From assembly GCF_001194135.2 (NCBI RefSeq), contig NC_068993.1:29117077-29167652 (forward strand): a stretch of DNA of 50,576 bases, written 5' to 3'. Shown here one piece after another: positions 1 to 10,659 of this stretch (position 1 is the first letter of the stretch; every line of letters begins with the position of its first letter). The position numbers and the translations under genes were made by a program. The notes below the pieces were generated by a model, which saw only the letters and a list, made by a program, of their open reading frames with translations, was not told the origin of the DNA and did not search any database. Origin of the DNA: Octopus bimaculoides (taxonomy: Eukaryota).

Positions 1-70
<70 letters not shown>
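1..70. repeat. (TG)n microsatellite, truncated by the window start; internal to a SINE
   Basis: Pure TG dinucleotide run. Confidence 0.98.
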
Positions 71-75
<5 letters not shown>

Positions 76-290
76 TTGTGTGTCTATTTGTCCCCCCCAG
101 CATCGCTTGACAACCAATGTTGGTGTGCTTGCGTCCCTGTAACTTGGTGGTTCAGCAAAAGAGATCGATATAATAAGTACTAGGCCTACAAAGAATAAGC
201 TCTGGGGTCAATTTGCTCGACTATAAAGGCAGTACTTCAGCATGGCCGCATCAAATGTAACAAGTAAAAGAGTAAAAGAGTATGTATGTA
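71..290 (+). mobile_element. 3' half of a tRNA-derived SINE with a (GAGTAAAA)n-like tail
   Basis: Reverse complement of 38815-39050 (gacaacc.atg.tggtgtg, aataagtactaggc, ggggtc.atttgctcgact, cagcatggcc, aacaagtaaaagagtaaaagag). Confidence 0.8.
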
Positions 291-353
291 TGCATGCATA
301 CATATATTTGCATACACACACAGAACACTCATACATATTACAAAATTACTTAC

Positions 354-1458
354 CAAATGAATTTTCAGATCCGACATATTTTGTAAATCCAGTGATATTT
401 TCATATAAATTTCGAACAATTTCATCTAATTCTGCCTCAACAGATTCTTCCAATGGAACATTATCATAAATACTAACACGTTTAGATCGGTCATTTTGTG
501 AACCTGCACACAAATATTTTGAGCTGTCCTGTTTGGAATCATGTCCTAAACTGAAGCTTCCTGTCCTAAAATTTATTCCATGACCTTCTCCAGTTTCAAT
601 GTAGCCATTGTTTATAACTTTCGGAAAGCTTCCTGGTTTGTAGTCAGAAGGCAACATATAAACTTCAGTCAAATTGTTGGAGTTGTTATTTTTTACAGCA
701 TTTTTTGAAATGGAATGATTATCAGAATAGCTGTCCAGGGTCTGCGGCTGAAACAGTTCTGATTTCTGTTTTGATTGTGCAGTTGTTGTATGTAGATGAA
801 GATCAGGGCTACTGGCTGAAGAAAAGTCCATTTGTGAGGTACACGCAGAAGATGAGCAAACAGTGGAATTTGACCGTGTCATCATGTGTTTGTTGTTCTT
901 ATCTAAATCAATACAATTCAGACGACGAATTGTCTCTTTCATGTTGTCTGTCTCCATAACAATTGGCCCACTGATCTGCAAGCAGTCCATCTGCTTCTTA
1001 CTGCGCATGCTCCCACCATTTTTCTTGGTCCCAAAACGACTTGTTATAATTCTTGCTGGCCGAAAGCTTGAGGCTCGGCCTAGCTTAGGGCTCAGGAGTG
1101 CCTGCCCAACTATCGGCAGCTTTGCAGCCTGTAGTTCTGTGAGTATTTTATCACCTTCAGGTTCAGTAGAGGAATATGAAGATTCTGAGAAGTCTAATGA
1201 TGCTACAGCAATCTGTTTAGTGTCATGATCAGTAGGTGCTGAGATTACCAAACTGTTTTCTAGATGGCTATAACTATCTTGGTCAGTTAGCAAGCTGTTG
1301 TGACTGCTACTGCTTTTAACAGGAGACATGGGTGGCACAGCATCAGATGGACGCTTCTGGTACAGTTGCAGACCCATGCGAGACCATCGCCGACTGCTCC
1401 TCTGATACTTCCATTTGTCACTGAGTGCACATTGCTCCTCTTCATCAGAATCATCACC
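354..1458 (-). CDS. STARD13: Large internal exon (1105 bp, phase 0 to phase 1) of DLC1/STARD13-family RhoGAP; Ser-rich linker between SAM and RhoGAP domains
   Basis: Lies within ORF 346..1560(-). The acceptor cttattcttcag|GGTGATGAT at 1458 and donor TTTG|gtaagt at 354 trim it to GDDSDEEEQCALSDKWKYQRSSRRWSR...LQISGP...FRTGSF...KRVSIYDNVP...ELDEIVRNLY. These match the family motifs (G/S)DDSDE..C.S.KW.FQR.S+RWSR, RTGSF, SIYDNV and the LD-like motif. Confidence 0.93.
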
Positions 1459-1689
1459 CTGAAGAATAAGTAAAAGAAACAGGAATAAGATACATGTTAT
1501 GGTATGTATATGTGTATGCATGCATCTGTAGGAATGGAGAGGGTATTCAAATAAATGCAAATATCTCAGTCAAAAGGCAACAGATAAACAATTCTTTCTT
1601 TTATAAACATTATCAAAAAAAGTAAGGCACACACACACACACACACACAAAACACTGAATTAACTGGACTATCAGATGTTGCTATACAC

Positions 1690-1900
1690 AGCTGGTCGCA
1701 ATGCACTTCCTTACATTGTTGAAGTCTTCGAATGATGCCTACCCACTAGATAGAATGCCAGTTCAGCGCCGGGTTACTCATTTACAGTCGAGTGGGCTGA
1801 AGCAGTGTAAAATCAAGTGTTTTGCTCATGAACACAATGCACTGCTGGTCTTGGAATCAAAACCATGATAGCAAGATTGAGTGCAACACCTCAAACACTG
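1690..1900 (-). mobile_element. Degraded SINE copy
   Basis: Contains ggttactcatttacagtcgagtgggctgaagcagtgtaaaatcaagtgttttgctc, the antisense of a ttgagcaa.acactt.at...cagtccac.cagctgtaaatgagta.cc SINE core. Confidence 0.55.
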
Positions 1901-2109
1901 TGTCATATCCTTAGTAATGATGATGATGATATATACATACACATGCATAACACATTGACTCAGCTCCAGATTATTTGAAGTTTCATGGATGCAGAATGCA
2001 TCTACATCATCAGATGTTCAGTCATAGTTGAGAGAATTTAAAAGAAATGTAAAATGGCTTCAACTAAAAATCATTTTTAGACCTCCATTGGTCAGTTCAG
2101 GTCATGTAG

Positions 2110-3320
2110 GTGTTTTTATTATTTTAGCAACAGTAATTCTTTCATTGCATGTTCTATGTTGCAGAGCAGACAGGATATTGGTGTAGTTTGAAATTATGTA
2201 GGGTATGACATTTTAATGACATCAGTTCTTTCATTGCATGCTCCCCTTGGTAGAGTAGAGACAGTTAATTGGCAGTTTTTTGGGCTGTTGTTTTTTTTGT
2301 CAAGTGAGACATTACAGTAACAACAATTACCATATGGAGAAGTAACTGATTTGATGTAACTTGTTACATATGAGTTTACATGACAAATATGGCTGCCAGA
2401 TAAGTTCTAATCTCTCTGTGAGCAGAAGGGGTTATATACCCTGCCATTGTGTATGCACCAACCAGGTCTAGGATCATATTTACAGGTTATTAATGGCCAC
2501 TGGTTTCATGTTCATTAATACAGTATATCTCTGATGGCAACAATAGTTTACCTATTGATGAAGAGGCAGGATTGGCAATCATGAAGTCAAGGTGAGTAAG
2601 GAGGAAACCTGTCAAGAATGCTATACGTGATGTTAGAAAAGTAATTTCTATGGTCCAAGAGTCTCCAGATAAGAGGGACAGAAAGGTGGAATTTTCCCTG
2701 TTCCTACCTTTGAAGGAGTGCATATATTGCATGGATCTTTCCTTAAGATGATTAGTTATCATGCTCTTGTAGTGCATTGTGATGCTATTGAGTGATGTGA
2801 AAGTAGTCTAATAGACCACAGCTGTTGAGAGGCAGTGGGATTTTGATAATTACAGGTTGGAGTGTTAGGTAGTATATGTTTGCAGTTGTGGCATGCATTG
2901 CTGGAAGTGATATTATATAAGCCTGAAAAGCTAACCTTGAAGTTATGAGAATTAAAAAGTTTATGGTATCTATAGCCCACATACAATGTCTGGGTATATA
3001 ACCTCTGCTGCCAATACACTGGTTGTAGCCTACTATCACCCAGTAGCCATACTTGTCACACAAGCTATGTAATCTGACACCGCTCAACTTGTTATCTCTC
3101 TACATGGTAACTATTATCATTGTAATGTCACATCTAACATAATTCTCATTAACTGATGCTAACGCCATGTCTCTATTCTACCATATGGAGAATACAACAA
3201 AAGAATTGATGTTACAGAAATGCTGTATCCTACAGAATACTAACAAACTGATGCTAACCAACTGACCCTATTTTAACTATTTTAGCAGTATCAATTCTTT
3301 CATTGCATGCTCCACTAAGT
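2110..3320. mobile_element. Foldback-like or non-autonomous DNA element with long imperfect inverted repeats
   Basis: 2215-2400 aligns by eye with the reverse complement of 3040-3215. The motif ttctttcattgcatg recurs near 2138, 2226 and 3296. Confidence 0.5.
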
Positions 3321-3827
3321 GTTTCTAGACAAGCAAAGAGATACACTGGAGTCCCTATATACACAACAACATTATACATAGATTAGTATTGGGTCTCTAG
3401 ACTTGTGGAGCATCTGGACACAAGGTAGCACTGATTATACTCTATTTACAACATGTTATAATTACCCTCTTTACTTTTTCTTTGGTGAAGGCTCATGGGC
3501 AAAAGGTTAGGGTGTTGCATTCAGGGTTGCAAGATATTTCAGTTCTTGAACCAGGCAGCAAAACCTCTTTTATTTCATGTTGCTCCAGTTCACCCACTGG
3601 TAAATGAATAACTCCACAATGGATTGGCATTTCGGTCATTTGTACACCATGGAAACTGGGTAACCGGCTCTATGAGTCCATGAACTTGAGACAGTATTTA
3701 ACTCACAAAAATATTTTGACTTGTTTTTATTATTTATTAAAACAAATTGACATCATCATCATCATTACCACCACCACCACCACCATTATACATTATACAT
3801 ACTTACTTGTACTTTAAGAGTTGAAGG

Positions 3828-3833
3828 ATGATA

Positions 3834-3872
<39 letters not shown>

Positions 3873-3875
3873 ATG

Positions 3876-3920
<45 letters not shown>
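3828..3920. repeat. Compound (GAT)n/(ATT)n microsatellite
   Basis: Direct reading. It explains the poly-M and poly-I ORFs in the track. Confidence 0.97.
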
Positions 3921-3921
<1 letters not shown>

Positions 3922-5004
3922 CTAAAAGACTGAAAGAAATTGGAATTAAAACTTGCATTGCTGAACTGCAGAAAAGTACTATTCTATATTCTGCAAGAAT
4001 CCTAAGAAAGATTCTTGAGATTTGAACCTCAAGATAAAATACCTGCAAACTACATTAGCATGCTCTGGTGAAATAATATAATTAGTGCTGAGGAGTTCAG
4101 AATTGAAAGTAGAGATTGAAAGCTTCATACTGGCAGCACAAGATCAAAGCTTGTTGACTAGAAATTACCAAGCTAATGTTCTTCAAAAGGGTGCTGATCC
4201 AGATGCAAATTCTGCACCACATTTGATGAAATAATAGACCATCTTATTTCAGACTGTTTTGTGCTAATATCAAATGAATATTAAAATTACCATGATAGGG
4301 TAGGACAGTATTTTTACATTGGAAAGTATGTAAGCACTAAAAAGGTGCTAGCTGTGTCCCAGCAAGTGATTGTATTACACATACAAATTAAAATAATAAT
4401 GATAATAATTAGAAACAAAGTGTGGAAGACTACTGCATGTAGTAAAGCAACATAAGAAAGAGAAAACGCTTTTCACTACACACAAGGAGGCAACAAAATA
4501 CAAAATAGAAGCAAACTGCACAGATACACTTACCTTACATGACAACATAGCAGAAATGGTCAGAGAGGCAAAAAAACAACATGAAAACTGAATTATAAAA
4601 GATACTGAAGAAGAAATGCAGAGAAAAATCACTTTGTGGCCAGTACCCTACAAGGCTTGACAGAGAGGAGATGAGTCTAAGTAAAAGCCAACAATGACTC
4701 AAAAGCTCTGGACTAAAAGCTGAAACAGAAGGACTGATTCTCAACATAATGAAAACAGGCCTCAACACCAAATGCAGAATGTGCAACCAGCACAAAAAGA
4801 CAGTTGACCATATCATCTCGGGCTGACCAGTCCTTGCCAAGTCTGAATATATATACAAACAACAGAGTAAGGAGTTATATCCACTGGACAATATGCCAAC
4901 ATTACAACTGTACCTTGCTTGGCACATGCTTATACCACCTGTTGTCAGTTTTATCATCATAATCATCATCATTATTTAAAGTGAGCATGGAAAACAGATG
5001 TTAA

Positions 5005-5039
<35 letters not shown>

Positions 5040-5470
5040 AAAACTGAGAAGAGGTGGTATAAGCATGTGCCAAGCAAGATACAAGACAACGACCAAGCCA
5101 CAATCATCAGGGATATGCCTGTTCAAACTGACAAAGAAATAAAAGCTAATCATCCAGATATATAGTCATGGATTGGGGAAAAAACATCTACTTACTGATA
5201 GACATTGCAGTCCTTTCTGATCAAAATATTGTCAAAAAAGAAGTGGAGAAACTTTCAAAGTACAAATACCTCGAAATTGAAGTATTCAAAATGTGAAGCA
5301 TGAAGGTAAAAACAATACCAATAATAGTCAGAGAACTGGGCATGATAAAAGAACATATAAACAAAAATGTAGAAGCTGTACCTGGATCCTCAACACTACA
5401 CACTGTCCAAAAAATAGCCTAGCTGGGAACACCCACATCCTACAAAAGACACTATCAATTCAATAAAACA
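3921..5470 (+). mobile_element. Cluster of decayed R4/Dong-type RLE LINE 3' fragments
   Basis: Translations include LKEIGIKTCIAELQKSTILYSARILRKILEI*, ESFILAAQDQSLLTRNYQA, and RDMPVQTDKEIKANHPD...KVEKLSKYKYLEIE. These are homologous to 12200-12900. Confidence 0.75.
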
Positions 5471-5869
5471 ACCTAAACAAAACAACCCACAAACACAAGA
5501 CACACTCTATACAGCATTTTCCCAGTGAAATAAATTTTCACCAGCAAGCCAAAACACCAAAGCATTACACACTCAATACATAATAGAATCAGTAATACAA
5601 CAAAAGACTGCACCACACCTCAAGAGAAAAAAACAAAAAAACTAACACAGTACAGTATTGGGAAGAGTTTGCACACTCCAAACAGCAGAAAAGAACACAC
5701 AGTGCTGCACACACCTCAGCAACACGGAGGTGTAGAAATTTGCCTCAATCTACCAAATATTGAACAGTTATATAATAATAATGCCCTGATGCAGTATCAG
5801 ACAGTGGCTCCCATGGCAACTGATTGGAAGTGTTATTATGTACATTGTTTTGTCTTGGTATAAAAGATA

Positions 5870-6335
5870 GGCTACAGCAAATATTCTGTTCAATACCACA
5901 GATTTACTTGTCAGTTGTCTGACCCTAACCAGTTGAGCATGTCCCTTAGTGGCTGACGATATGTGCATCTCTGATCACGAGCAGAAGTAGTGGGGGAGCA
6001 TCATAGCCATGTGTTGAGAGGAACTATTTGGGGTTTGGATGATTCACCTTTTGAAACATGGGTGTTTTGTTCAACATCCTTAAACAACCCCTATTCAGGG
6101 ACCTTTTGACTGGGATGGGCTACTCAGCCTGAAAAAAATTCTAATTGGGCCCCACCTGTAAGATCATGCGCTGTTTATCTTGATATGAGATCACTAAGTC
6201 ATGCACATATGGTTGTGGTGCATGTGCCTGGTGTATCCTTATCAGATGGGCAGTCATGATGGATATACTGAGCTTTGTATATTTTACTCCAGTGTTACTT
6301 TGATGGCATGCACTGCTCCTTCATTCAACAACAAC
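5870..6335 (+). mobile_element. Interspersed repeat of unassigned class ending in an (AAC)(AAT)n tail
   Basis: GC-richer block (ctgaccctaaccagttgagcatgtcccttagtggctgacg...) that I recall as a common octopus repeat, running directly into the (AAT)n tract. No coding motif seen. Confidence 0.4.
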
Positions 6336-6339
6336 AACA

Positions 6340-6341
6340 AC

Positions 6342-6417
<76 letters not shown>
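6340..6417. repeat. (AAT)n microsatellite running into an assembly gap
   Basis: Direct reading. Confidence 0.97.
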
Positions 6418-7304
6418 NNNNNNNNNNNNNNNNNNNNNNNNNNNNNNNNNNNNNNNNNNNNNNNNNNNNNNNNNNNNNNNNNNNNNNNNNNNNNNNNNNN
6501 NNNNNNNNNNNNNNNNNNNNNNNNNNNNNNNNNNNNNNNNNNNNNNNNNNNNNNNNNNNNNNNNNNNNNNNNNNNNNNNNNNNNNNNNNNNNNNNNNNNN
6601 NNNNNNNNNNNNNNNNNNNNNNNNNNNNNNNNNNNNNNNNNNNNNNNNNNNNNNNNNNNNNNNNNNNNNNNNNNNNNNNNNNNNNNNNNNNNNNNNNNNN
6701 NNNNNNNNNNNNNNNNNNNNNNNNNNNNNNNNNNNNNNNNNNNNNNNNNNNNNNNNNNNNNNNNNNNNNNNNNNNNNNNNNNNNNNNNNNNNNNNNNNNN
6801 NNNNNNNNNNNNNNNNNNNNNNNNNNNNNNNNNNNNNNNNNNNNNNNNNNNNNNNNNNNNNNNNNNNNNNNNNNNNNNNNNNNNNNNNNNNNNNNNNNNN
6901 NNNNNNNNNNNNNNNNNNNNNNNNNNNNNNNNNNNNNNNNNNNNNNNNNNNNNNNNNNNNNNNNNNNNNNNNNNNNNNNNNNNNNNNNNNNNNNNNNNNN
7001 NNNNNNNNNNNNNNNNNNNNNNNNNNNNNNNNNNNNNNNNNNNNNNNNNNNNNNNNNNNNNNNNNNNNNNNNNNNNNNNNNNNNNNNNNNNNNNNNNNNN
7101 NNNNNNNNNNNNNNNNNNNNNNNNNNNNNNNNNNNNNNNNNNNNNNNNNNNNNNNNNNNNNNNNNNNNNNNNNNNNNNNNNNNNNNNNNNNNNNNNNNNN
7201 NNNNNNNNNNNNNNNNNNNNNNNNNNNNNNNNNNNNNNNNNNNNNNNNNNNNNNNNNNNNNNNNNNNNNNNNNNNNNNNNNNNNNNNNNNNNNNNNNNNN
7301 NNNN
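6418..7304. other. Assembly gap (N run)
   Basis: 887 N bases. Confidence 1.
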
Positions 7305-7600
7305 TCGAATGTGGAATCTAAAAACAGAAACAATTCCTATCATAGTAGGTGCCTTAGGTATAATAAAAAAAATATTCAGACAAATACATAACAAAAACAC
7401 CAGGACTTACAAATATATATAACATACAAAAAATTGCACTACTGGGCACTGCACACATCCTACGCAAAACACTTTCAATACAGTAACCATAAGAACACCA
7501 CAGCAAACCACAGCACATACCCAAGGCGCACAGAGCTGCGCTCGGTAGTGAAGTGAAAGCACGTTATAAAAATAAAACTACTGAACAATAATAATAATAT
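7305..7600 (+). mobile_element. 3' end of a young R4/Dong-type LINE with an (AAT) tail
   Basis: Encodes RMWNLKTETIPIIVGALG...IQKIALLGTAHILRKTLSIQ*. Near-identical to the reverse complement of 50200-50490. Confidence 0.85.
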
Positions 7601-9541
7601 TAATTATAATTATCTATAATTATAATTAATAACTAGTGTACCTGTGTTGTCAGAAATAATGGCATGAAAATTATACAGAAAATAAAATTAAAAGGTTATA
7701 ATCTTTATCTTAATAACTGTTTCAACACAATGTTTCTAGCGAAAATCCTACCACCAATGAGTTCACCTTGTTGGATGGTTTTTTACATAAATTTTAATAT
7801 TATTTCTGCTTGTACTTCTACTCAACGCAACATAAAATTGTCCATGGCTGAATACTGGTGATGGTAGAATGATGCCAACATTATTGAAGCTCTGCCCTTG
7901 TGATTTGTTATTAGTAATTTCGAATGATGGGATAACAGGAAACTGTCATCTACTCATACTAAAGGGAAGGGTTGTCTCACTGGAATGGAGGTTGATGCAT
8001 GGAATAAAGGCCTCCTCTCCTTTCTTACTTCCACTAAGTATTTTTCCATGAATGAAAAAAATCCTTGCTGGACAGCACTAAGATCCAGATCCCATTGAGT
8101 AAACCTCTCATTGGGTTCAGGTTCCTTAGCAACATGACTATCGAATGCCTCTTCAAGTTCAGTATATGAGGTGACATCACAGAAACCGCCAGTGAATTTT
8201 AAAACTACACTGGATAATGTATAACAGCTTCATTATTTCCTTCAACAAAGGTGTCAATGCTTCTGCAGATTGTTGCCTCACCAGGCAATAATGACATTAA
8301 GTCAGTGCTTATGTGAAGACAATCTTTGCTTTTAGGTGTCAAAATGATTGTCGATGACACTCTTTCAACTGCCTTATCATTGTCTAGTAATAATTCTTCC
8401 CCCAAAACTTCTTTAACAATGTTATTTGCAGATACAATGTTCTGGGGAATTTCCATGAGGTTTTCTTCCAGCCCTTCATTGTTGGAGAGGGTTCCATTTC
8501 CAACTTCTAAGAGTCACATGTTGAAGTCATCTTGTCCGGCCATGCACATATTTTCTGTCAAACTGAATTTTGTTATAAAATGCCAGAGAGGAGATTGCTT
8601 GATTGCGGACTTAATTATTGCTGCATTGGATCCTCTTGGGATGATAGGTGCAGTTTGTCTGAAGACTCTGCCAAGTAGCAGCACTTTTCTGGGTAAATTC
8701 ATTATCTACCTCAGCAGCAGACCAATGGCTCTCAGAGCATTGCATGATAACATTGATGCTTCATCAATAATTAAAAGGTGAGCCTGCTTTAATTTTTCAG
8801 ATGACTCTGAAGGGATTATCATGTGAGAGGTGGAACTATCATACAATGGGACAGGTAGCTTGAGTCCACTGTGAACAGTCCTTCCATCAATAAGCAAATC
8901 AGCAGCTATGCTTGTAGTAGCATAGGAGAGGACCCACTTGCTTTGCCTTGTTAGAAAAGCTATCAATGTATTGTACAGGTAGGTCTTTCCTGTACCTCCA
9001 GGGCCATCAAGGAAAAAGAATCTACTTTGTCTTTCATCATCATTGATTGTTGCAGTAATGTGTTCATAGAGTTGGTGTTGAGCCTCAGTGAAGGATGCAA
9101 TGCACCGCTCAATATCAATTTCTTTAACATTGTTCCTTTAACATTGTTCTTTTTCAGCAGTTACTTCATGAAAAGCTGCTGCTTGCTCTTCTGTTTCATC
9201 TTGGCGCCTTTGTGATGCACTTATTCTTAGATTTTTCTCCGCTCAGCTGCTTGCTGTTCTGTTTCATCTTGGTACTCTTGTGCTGCTCTCTGTTTTTGTA
9301 TATCTCTCCTTTGTGCAATAATGTTCTCCTTTTCATTTTGCTGTCTTTGAGCCTGTCATCTTGCATCTTTTCTTTCTCTTGTTTTATTTCTTGTGATTGA
9401 TTTAATAATATATTTTTTAATCTTCTTGCATCCAGTTCTTCCTGAGTGAGACTAGCTGATCTTTGCCTTTGTCTCTCTCTGGCTAACAGTCGCCTTCTGT
9501 CTGTTTCATTCTCCATAGCAGAACAAAAGAGTATCAGTGAA

Positions 9542-9775
9542 GGTGGCGAGCTGGCAGAAACATTAGCACGCCGGGTGAAATGCTTAGCGGTATTTCATCT
9601 GCCGTTACGTTCTGAGTTCAAATTCTGCCGAGGTCGACTTTGCCTTTCATCCTTTCGGGGTTGATAAATTAAGTACCAGTTATGCACTGGGGTTGATGAA
9701 TTGACTTAATACTTTCGTCTGTCCTTGTTTGTTCCCTCTATGTTTAGCCCCTTGTGGGCAATAAAGAAATAAGAA
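9542..9775 (+). mobile_element. Full-length tRNA-derived SINE with a 17-bp target-site duplication, nested in the Helitron
   Basis: TSD aaaagagtatcagtgaa at 9525-9541 and 9776-9792. A-box-like ggcgagctggcagaa, B-box-like gagttcaaattc, core gcctttcatcctttcggggttgataaattaagtacc, and an A-rich tail. Confidence 0.92.
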
Positions 9776-9782
9776 AAAAGAG

Positions 9783-10060
9783 TATCAGTGAATGGATAAC
9801 AAACACTATATACTGTAAATAAGTTATGAGAGTACAGATGACTAAAAATATCAGTGAACTGATAACAAACACAGTGATGGTAAAGAATATGCATACCCAG
9901 TGTTTAGGGTTAGTGTCTAGGGTTAGGGTTACACTGAAAACAGATGGTGTGCATATTTTTTACCTCTACCAACAAACACTATATACTGTAAATAAGTTAT
10001 GGGATTACTGATAACTAAGATTATCAGTGAACTGATAACAAATACTATATACTGTAAATA
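9783..10060. repeat. Imperfect ~65-70 bp tandem repeat units with an embedded short TTAGGG-like run
   Basis: The motifs tatcagtgaactgataacaaacac and tatatactgtaaataagttatg recur 3-4 times. gtttagggttagtgtctagggttagggtt at ~9902-9930. Confidence 0.7.
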
Positions 10061-10321
10061 TACACACACACATTGGAACCAAAATATTAGAGAAAATGAT
10101 CTACGTAAACTGTAAACAAAACATTTCGCCCGTTTAATGAGGAGCCTTTGCAGTCAACACTCTCTTTGCTACTTCCTCTCTCTCTCATTGCAGTTACTTT
10201 CTCTGACTCCCTTGCAGTCATGGCCATTACTCTCACTACTTTTCCTGCACTGAATTACTATTTTCTCTCCTCTCCCTTCATTTATACTACTTTTTCTCTT
10301 ACTTCCACCAACTGCATGATT

Positions 10322-10388
10322 NNNNNNNNNNNNNNNNNNNNNNNNNNNNNNNNNNNNNNNNNNNNNNNNNNNNNNNNNNNNNNNNNNN
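10322..10388. other. Assembly gap
   Basis: 67 N bases. Confidence 1.
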
Positions 10389-10613
10389 GAAACAATTTCA
10401 ACTGCAGTGTAGAAGGAGTTTATAAGCCATTTAAAAACACACAAAAACCATTAGATTCACTTCGGATGCTGCACAGAATTTTGTCAGTGAACAGGTCGTG
10501 GTTTCAAAGCGACGAAAACATTTTGACAAATTAAATTTAAATGTTAGAGTGAATTTAACAGATTTTGTGTGTTTTTAAATGGCTTATAAACACCTTCCAC
10601 GCTGTAATTGTTT
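10389..10613. mobile_element. MITE-like element with ~70-bp terminal inverted repeats
   Basis: aaacaatt...gtgtagaaggagtttataagccatttaaaaacacacaaaa at the left end is mirrored at 10545-10613. The ORF track shows SVEGVYKPFKNTQ on both strands. Confidence 0.75.
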
Positions 10614-10659
10614 ATATATATACACACACACACGGAAATATATAAAAACACAACGCTCA

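Larger units (their letters stand above)
7633..10320 (-). mobile_element. Helitron-like element with a disrupted Pif1-family helicase and no recognisable Rep domain
   Basis: Contains Walker A FFFLDGPGGTGKTYLYN (~8965-9020), GRTVHSGLKLP, LIIDEASM, RQTAPIIPRG, and the C-terminus GGRIFARNIVLKQLLR*. The minus strand then reads ...ggtacaCTAG|T at 7636-7633, the canonical Helitron 3' end. The 5' end is uncertain because of the gap. Confidence 0.8.

Noticed and set aside
705-1228. Plus-strand ORFs overlapping the large exon
   Set aside because: Antisense shadows of the coding exon with no independent features.
1459-1560. N-terminal 34 aa of ORF 346..1560 (MHLFEYP...LLILQ) as the protein start
   Set aside because: It is intronic read-through of a (CATA)-rich and polypyrimidine tract. 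Homology begins exactly at the AG acceptor at 1458.
6201-7400. Four long ORFs of 348-396 aa
   Set aside because: Artefacts of translating the (AAT)n tract and the 887-N gap.
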